From NCBI GenBank assembly GCA_964519725.1, contig CAZFKS010000004.1, forward strand, positions 11,848 through 75,847: DNA of 64,000 nt. The letters run 5' to 3'. This DNA comes from an uncultured Gammaproteobacteria bacterium. GTDB taxonomy: Bacteria; Patescibacteriota; Patescibacteriia; Magasanikbacterales; UBA922. This document shows positions 58,967-64,000 of this stretch, piece by piece (position 1 is the first letter of the stretch; each line of letters begins with the position of its first letter). The position numbers and the translations under genes were made by a program. The notes beneath the pieces were generated by a model that saw nothing but the letters and a program-made list of their open reading frames with translations, was not told the DNA's origin and ran no database searches.

Positions 58967-60442
58967 TCAGCGCCCCAAATCAAGCGTCGCAGTGGTCCGA
59001 ATCTGCTCCATGAATTCTGGCATGTGTGACACAATGATCACCGCGCCCTGAAAATTATCAATTGCTTTCGCAATGATTGGCAAATGACGGAAGTTAATGT
59101 GATTAGTTGGCTCGTCCAAAATCAAAAGACCTGGCTGTTGCAAAACAAAGCGCGCGTAACACAGCAACCCTTTTTGACCTTCAGATAATGAGCCAACCGT
59201 ATTGCGCATAATGCTGTGGTGGAGCAGAAAAGCGGCCCCAGTGGCATAAATAGTTTGATTGTCTGGCATGCCCATCATTTCCGCGAGTGAGTCAAAAACA
59301 GTTTTATTAAAATCTAAACCAGAAAAATCTTGGCGATAATATCCAACTTTGAGCCCGGGATTAATTTTCATGCCTGGCTCAGTACCTGCGGCCAAAGCTT
59401 TGAGTAAGGTACTTTTACCAATGCCGTTTGGGCCCACAATCTGCAAGCGATCACGGCGCCACATTTTATATTCAAATGGTTTGCTAACTGGTTGGTGGTT
59501 AACCAGCGCGGTCACACTGGTAAATTCAGCCACCACTTCTGGCCAGTGTTGGGCTGGAATTTCAAATTCGCCAATGGTGGTATCATCGCGTTTTACATCT
59601 ACCATGTTTTCTTCGTCCTCAGCCACTTCCTCTTTTAATTTAGCGGCGAGCTTACGCATCTTACCACCTTTGTGTGCAAAAAAGTTTACTTTATCTTTAC
59701 GGTCCTGAATATTTTTTAAAAGCTGCGCATTCTTGCGTTCTTCGCGTTCAATTTGGGCGGCAATTTCTTGGAGCACATCGTCGTAATTACCATTGTACTG
59801 CTCAACTTTTTTGGTGAACACATCCAAATTTAACACGCCATCAGTAAAGGAATTTAAAAACGCGGCGTCGTGAGAAATGACCAGCACGGTTTTCTCGTAC
59901 ATCATCAAAAAATAGGTGAGCTGGCCAATGCCGTCTGAGTCCAAATTGTTAGTTGGCTCATCAAGAAGCAGAATGTCAGGGGATTGAATTAGGGCATGCG
60001 CCAAAAGTAAACGCGCTTGTTGACCACCAGACAGTTCACCAACTTTTTTGTCGAGTGGCACGGTTAAATGCACCACTTCCATCACGTCTTTAGCGAGCTT
60101 TTCCAAATTATATTTTTTTTCTGTAAAGGCGGTCGCAAAATATTCCAGCACGGTCAGAGTGAAATTTTCCTTGGGCATGACCTGGTGGGCAATGGCAATT
60201 GAGGCATTGTCCCGCACATGAATTCGGCCAGCCTGTGGCTTTAGGACCACACCATCGTCACCAGCTTTACCAGCTGTGCCTAGGAGGAGGTTGAAGATCG
60301 TACTTTTGCCCGCGCCATTTTGACCCATAATGGTCACCTTGGCATTTTCGCGCACGGAAAAATTGGCCTCTTCTAAAATCGGCTTATCTTCATTGTAAGC
60401 AAAGGAGGTGTTTTCAAAACGGATAATAACGTTTCCAGCCAT
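58967..60442 (-). CDS. ABC-F family ATPase
   Basis: Two ABC domains (GQNGAGKST, LSGGQ, LDEPTNNLD; GPNGIGKST, LDEPTNH), no TMs. Confidence 0.92.
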   Translation of the reverse strand: MAGNVIIRFENTSFAYNEDKPILEEANFSVRENAKVTIMGQNGAGKSTIFNLLLGTAGKAGDDGVVLKPQAGRIHVRDNASIAIAHQVMPKENFTLTVLEYFATAFTEKKYNLEKLAKDVMEVVHLTVPLDKKVGELSGGQQARLLLAHALIQSPDILLLDEPTNNLDSDGIGQLTYFLMMYEKTVLVISHDAAFLNSFTDGVLNLDVFTKKVEQYNGNYDDVLQEIAAQIEREERKNAQLLKNIQDRKDKVNFFAHKGGKMRKLAAKLKEEVAEDEENMVDVKRDDTTIGEFEIPAQHWPEVVAEFTSVTALVNHQPVSKPFEYKMWRRDRLQIVGPNGIGKSTLLKALAAGTEPGMKINPGLKVGYYRQDFSGLDFNKTVFDSLAEMMGMPDNQTIYATGAAFLLHHSIMRNTVGSLSEGQKGLLCYARFVLQQPGLLILDEPTNHINFRHLPIIAKAIDNFQGAVIIVSHMPEFMEQIRTTATLDLGR

Positions 60443-60604
60443 AATGCCCCCAGAATACGCTAAATTGGCCTTTTTGTCAATAATAATGGCTAAAACTTGA
60501 CATTTTTAGGGGTTTTTGGTACACTCTCCCCAAGTTTTGAGTAACCCATAACCAGTAGTTGGTAGCGCTGGCAGTTGGCAGCTCAACCTTTACCTATATT
60601 TTGT

Positions 60605-60760
60605 ATGTCACAAGACGCCATGATCAAACTGGAATGCACTGAGTGCAAGACAGTAAACTACTTTTCTCGCAAAAATAAAAAGATTTTGAAAAATCGTTTG
60701 GAAATGAATAAATTCTGCAAGCACTGCGACAAGCACACCTTGCACAAAGAAACCAAATAA
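60605..60760 (+). CDS. rpmG: 50S ribosomal protein L33 (zinc-binding type)
   Basis: [32 protein letters not shown]. Confidence 0.96.
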   Translation: MSQDAMIKLECTECKTVNYFSRKNKKILKNRLEMNKFCKHCDKHTLHKETK

Positions 60761-60762
60761 GT

Positions 60763-60792
60763 AAAATCCTCTGTCAGCTGACAGAGGATTTT
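60763..60792 (+). terminator. Terminator after rpmG
   Basis: aaaatcctctgtc-agct-gacagaggatttt. Confidence 0.8.
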
Positions 60793-60842
60793 TATTTGCG
60801 AAAAAGCTAGGATTCAGGTACAGTTAGAGAAATATTTTTTAT

Positions 60843-61655
60843 ATGAAATTTCTTGAATCCGTGTATCACAGTTTGTTTGACATTGAGTGGCTCCGCGCCA
60901 AACGCGACACTGGTCGCTGGGCCGCGGTTGGATTTTTATTTGTGGTCACTAGCGTGATTGGGCTCCTGCGGGTGGTGCCACTACTTGGTTTTATTGCGCC
61001 AAAAGCCGTGGCTGTAGGTGAACAAAAATTAAAAGATGATGTACCCGATTTTTCCTTGATCATGGAAAACGGTCAGTTGCGCACCGAAAAATTGCCGCAG
61101 CCCTATGTCTTTACACAGACGAGCGGGGACGAAACCTTTACTCTGGTTATTGACACGATTAGTACTAGCTCACCGAGTGTGGAAAGTTTGATCAAAAATA
61201 AAGACACAGACATTGCGTTCGTGTTGGGGCATGACCAATTTAGTTATTTTGACCCTGAATTAAAAGAAGTGAAATCTGAATCGTACACTGATGTACCAAA
61301 TGGTACTCTTACTAAAGATCAGTTAGTAACCTGGGTAGAAAAGTTCCGTACTACGTACTTAGTTCCGATATTTGTGGTACTGGGTGGACTGTTTGTACTA
61401 ATGTTTTTTGTGGGCCGCTTAATTTCAGTGGCGCTTTGGTCTCTGGTGTTTTTGGTGCTAGTAAAAATTAAGAAGTGGAATTGGACTTACCGCGAACTGA
61501 ATACAGTGGGTAAATATGCTTCCACCTTGCCCCTTTTGGTGTCTTCGGTCATGTTTTGGTTTGGGATTAGCTGGCCGCTGGCGACCATGGTGTATGTGGG
61601 CATGATGTATTTGGTAGTGAATCCGGAGTATAAAATGAAACACGAGGGGGTTTAG
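60843..61655 (+). CDS. Membrane protein (DUF1189-like)
   Basis: N-terminal TM, VPDFSLIMENGQL extracellular domain, C-terminal TMs. Confidence 0.65.
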   Translation: MKFLESVYHSLFDIEWLRAKRDTGRWAAVGFLFVVTSVIGLLRVVPLLGFIAPKAVAVGEQKLKDDVPDFSLIMENGQLRTEKLPQPYVFTQTSGDETFTLVIDTISTSSPSVESLIKNKDTDIAFVLGHDQFSYFDPELKEVKSESYTDVPNGTLTKDQLVTWVEKFRTTYLVPIFVVLGGLFVLMFFVGRLISVALWSLVFLVLVKIKKWNWTYRELNTVGKYASTLPLLVSSVMFWFGISWPLATMVYVGMMYLVVNPEYKMKHEGV

Positions 61656-61721
61656 TCTAGATTTTAAAAAAGCAAGCCTAGGCTTGCTTTTTTTGTGGTT
61701 TTAGGGTTTACTATGGCCCAT

Positions 61722-61792
61722 GGGCGCGTCGTATAATGGTAGTACTACGGTCTCCAAAACCGTTAGCGTCAGTTCGATTCTGGCCGCGCCTG
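61722..61792 (+). tRNA. tRNA-Trp (CCA)
   Basis: Cloverleaf; acggt-ctCCAaa-accgt. Confidence 0.94.
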
Positions 61793-61877
61793 CAATAGAA
61801 AACCAGATTGTAAAGCAATCTGGTTTTTGTTACCATGGGTATATTCGACAAATTTTCCACTTAATTGACTTAATAAT

Positions 61878-62798
61878 ATGAAAGAGCAACAAAATTTTAC
61901 CAAGCCGCACTTTAGTCTATCCACTAAAATTACCTTAGTTCTACTTGGAATTTTTGCTTTGGTCGGAATTGGTTATGGTGCATACCAAGTCAGAATTTCT
62001 AATACCGAACGCGGCCAATTGGTTAAAGAAAGTGATTCGACATCTGCACCAGCGCCAACCAGTTTACCAACCGAATCTACTTCCACACCAAAACCCGCAT
62101 TAGAAACAAAAGAGTTTACTTTGCGCTCAGGTACGGTAATTACTGTACCTAATACGTGGAAAATTACTTTGTCAGACGTTGGTAACAATGTACAAAGAGA
62201 CTCATATACGGTAAATTCTGGCACAGAAGAAATCTTTTTGAGTGAGTATAACGTGTCTGAGTGGCTCAAAGGACCAGATCCAGATGAGGGATATGTTATT
62301 GACGCAAAAGAACGGGCTGAGGTAGTTAGAATTTTAAAAAATGCATATAGTGATGAACAATTAAGCATGGTTTTAAAGGCTGATTTTAAAAAAAGCGGTG
62401 GGGAATTTTTTGGCTATTCAACCACTATGCGGGTGGGTCCATACTATGTTGCTAGCACTAATAATGTTTGGCGTGGCTTGGCGTTCTATAATACTTATGG
62501 TCAAGCCCCAGGCGTATTTCCTATTTATCATTTAAATCTGTTTAATCCAGACAAGAATAGTATTTTAGCGGTGGCCGTGAATTTAGAAACTAAACCAGAA
62601 ATTGAACAAATCAATAAACCTGTGTTTACGGCTTTAGAAAATTGGGAACAAAAAATCAATAATCCACCTGACATTAAAACAATTGATGAAAAAGCGCATC
62701 AGGAATTTAAAAATCTTATCGAAAAAACTGAGCGAAACAAATTATCATTTGGAGGGCTTTTAAACCAAATTGACGCAGTGTTGAAAAGTGCTCGCTAA
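61878..62798 (+). CDS. Hypothetical membrane-anchored extracellular protein
   Basis: N-terminal TM, Ser/Thr/Pro linker, ITVPNTW motif. Confidence 0.7.
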   Translation: MKEQQNFTKPHFSLSTKITLVLLGIFALVGIGYGAYQVRISNTERGQLVKESDSTSAPAPTSLPTESTSTPKPALETKEFTLRSGTVITVPNTWKITLSDVGNNVQRDSYTVNSGTEEIFLSEYNVSEWLKGPDPDEGYVIDAKERAEVVRILKNAYSDEQLSMVLKADFKKSGGEFFGYSTTMRVGPYYVASTNNVWRGLAFYNTYGQAPGVFPIYHLNLFNPDKNSILAVAVNLETKPEIEQINKPVFTALENWEQKINNPPDIKTIDEKAHQEFKNLIEKTERNKLSFGGLLNQIDAVLKSAR

Positions 62799-62815
62799 GA
62801 TTATTAAAGAAAAAA

Positions 62816-63655
62816 ATGATAGTTCAAAATATGAATTGTCGAGTGGCTGTGGTCCAATTCAAAATTAAGCAATTTGGTCCAAAAGAAAATTTAGCGAAAA
62901 TTGAAAATTATATTCAAAAAGCCGTCCGTGATAAGGCTGATATCATTGTATTTCCCGAAGATTGCGTGATTGGTTCAATTGAAGAAGGAAAAGAATTCGC
63001 TGACATTAACCACAAATACCGAAATCATTTTCAAAATTTGGCAAAGAAATACACCATTGATATCGTGACTGGGACTATTGGTGAATGTGAGAAAAAACGT
63101 TATTATAATACAGCCTACTACATTGATTCAATGGGAAAGGTTAAGGGTCAATATCGCAAAGTACATCTTTGGGTAACAGAAAAAAAGTTTTACACACCAG
63201 GAAAAGATATTTGCGTCATTAATACGCGGTTTGGAAAAATTGGTTTAGTGGTTTGTTGGGATTTGGCATTTCCAGAAATTTTTCGCACCATGAAGAAAAA
63301 AGGGGTGCAAATGGTTTTTTGTTCAAGTTACTGGTCGTATGAAGACGCGGGTTATGGTATGAAATTTGATAAAAAACTAGAGGCGCGTTTTATTGACGCA
63401 CTTTGTCTAGCACGCGCGTATGAAAATGAGATTGCCGTGGTGCAGTGTAATACTGCGGGCAAAGTTTTGTTTAAAGATGGTTTTGCGACTTCAGTGGGAC
63501 ATTCACAAATTACCGTGCCTTTCAAAGGGGTAGTGAAAAAAATGAACCATAATCGCGAGGGAATGTTTGTAGAAAATGTTGATTTAAATATTCTCAAACT
63601 CGCAGAACAAAATTACCAGATCGAACGGGATTTGAAACAGGGGATTGTAATTTAA
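62816..63655 (+). CDS. Carbon-nitrogen hydrolase (nitrilase superfamily)
   Basis: Catalytic triad motifs VFPE, YRKVHL, VCWDLAFPE. Confidence 0.92.
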   Translation: MIVQNMNCRVAVVQFKIKQFGPKENLAKIENYIQKAVRDKADIIVFPEDCVIGSIEEGKEFADINHKYRNHFQNLAKKYTIDIVTGTIGECEKKRYYNTAYYIDSMGKVKGQYRKVHLWVTEKKFYTPGKDICVINTRFGKIGLVVCWDLAFPEIFRTMKKKGVQMVFCSSYWSYEDAGYGMKFDKKLEARFIDALCLARAYENEIAVVQCNTAGKVLFKDGFATSVGHSQITVPFKGVVKKMNHNREGMFVENVDLNILKLAEQNYQIERDLKQGIVI

Positions 63656-63667
63656 TTACCTAAATAA

Positions 63668-63701
63668 ATCTAAAACACCCCGCGCACGAGGTGTTTTAGA
63701 T
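63668..63701. terminator. Bidirectional terminator
   Basis: atctaaaacacc-ccgcgcacga-ggtgttttagat. Confidence 0.75.
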
Positions 63702-63732
63702 TGTGGCCGAACGAGTCGGCCGTGCGGCGGAC

Positions 63733-64000
63733 TCAGGCAAAAAAGCCGAGCCTCTGCCACCAGTGGGGTGGGAAGGTATACCTAGGTTTCAGGGTTTGGT
63801 CAGACTCACTTGAGTGAGCCGTAACCTCAACCCCGGCCTCAACCAGGAAAATGAATTCCTTGGGAGACCGTACCCAGGTTTCTAGGACTACTTGTCCATC
63901 CTCTGACTCCACGAAACCGTAGAAGTCGACGAGGGTCGGGCCGAGTCTAAATCCTACCTGGGCTTTGAAATCTCCGCCCAAGGTGCTTTCGAGTACCACC
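63733..64000 (-). CDS. Hypothetical protein, 5' end outside window (GC-richer cassette H)
   Basis: Open frame running off the window; followed by a ggccga/tcggcc hairpin and a terminator like the other cassettes. Confidence 0.55.
   Translation of the reverse strand, partial: VVLESTLGGDFKAQVGFRLGPTLVDFYGFVESEDGQVVLETWVRSPKEFIFLVEAGVEVTAHSSESDQTLKPRYTFPPHWWQRLGFFA

Noticed and set aside
1-64000. Alternative genetic code (TGA recoding as in Gracilibacteria/Absconditabacteria)
   Set aside because: Core genes are full length under code 11, TGA ends several genes, and tRNA-Trp has a CCA anticodon.

Overview
Chromosomal window from a small-genome Patescibacteria (CPR)-like bacterium. This is inferred from gene content (T4SS-pilin-like membrane proteins, GAGC/GLGC lipoproteins, homodimeric GlyRS, tRNA-Arg(GCG)); ABY1/Magasanikbacteria-like is a guess. 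The genetic code is standard. Most of the window is housekeeping: LCP, recG, radA, clpC, phosphohexomutase, htpX/lemA, rseP, pheST, dnaE, tsaD/tsaB, HU, rplJL, mreB, ribA/ribD, holB, frr, glyQS, tpiA, bcp, mutM, a copper operon, ABC-F, rpmG and seven tRNAs. Four things stand out. (1) Eight scattered single-gene cassettes have an AT-rich sigma70 promoter and an intrinsic terminator enclosing a GC-rich, hairpin-rich transcript. The seven with a visible 5' end carry a Shine-Dalgarno, which the housekeeping genes almost all lack. Two cassettes share a conserved 3' RNA element. (2) One cassette lies in an integrase-less ~0.8 kb islet bounded by a 39-bp duplication of the tRNA-Thr 3' end. (3) Two tandem secreted proteins share the layout serine esterase / pilin-like hairpin / peptidoglycan hydrolase, next to dsbA. 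(4) A very compact T-box riboswitch candidate with a GGC specifier precedes glyQS. All calls come from reading motifs by eye; no database searches were run.
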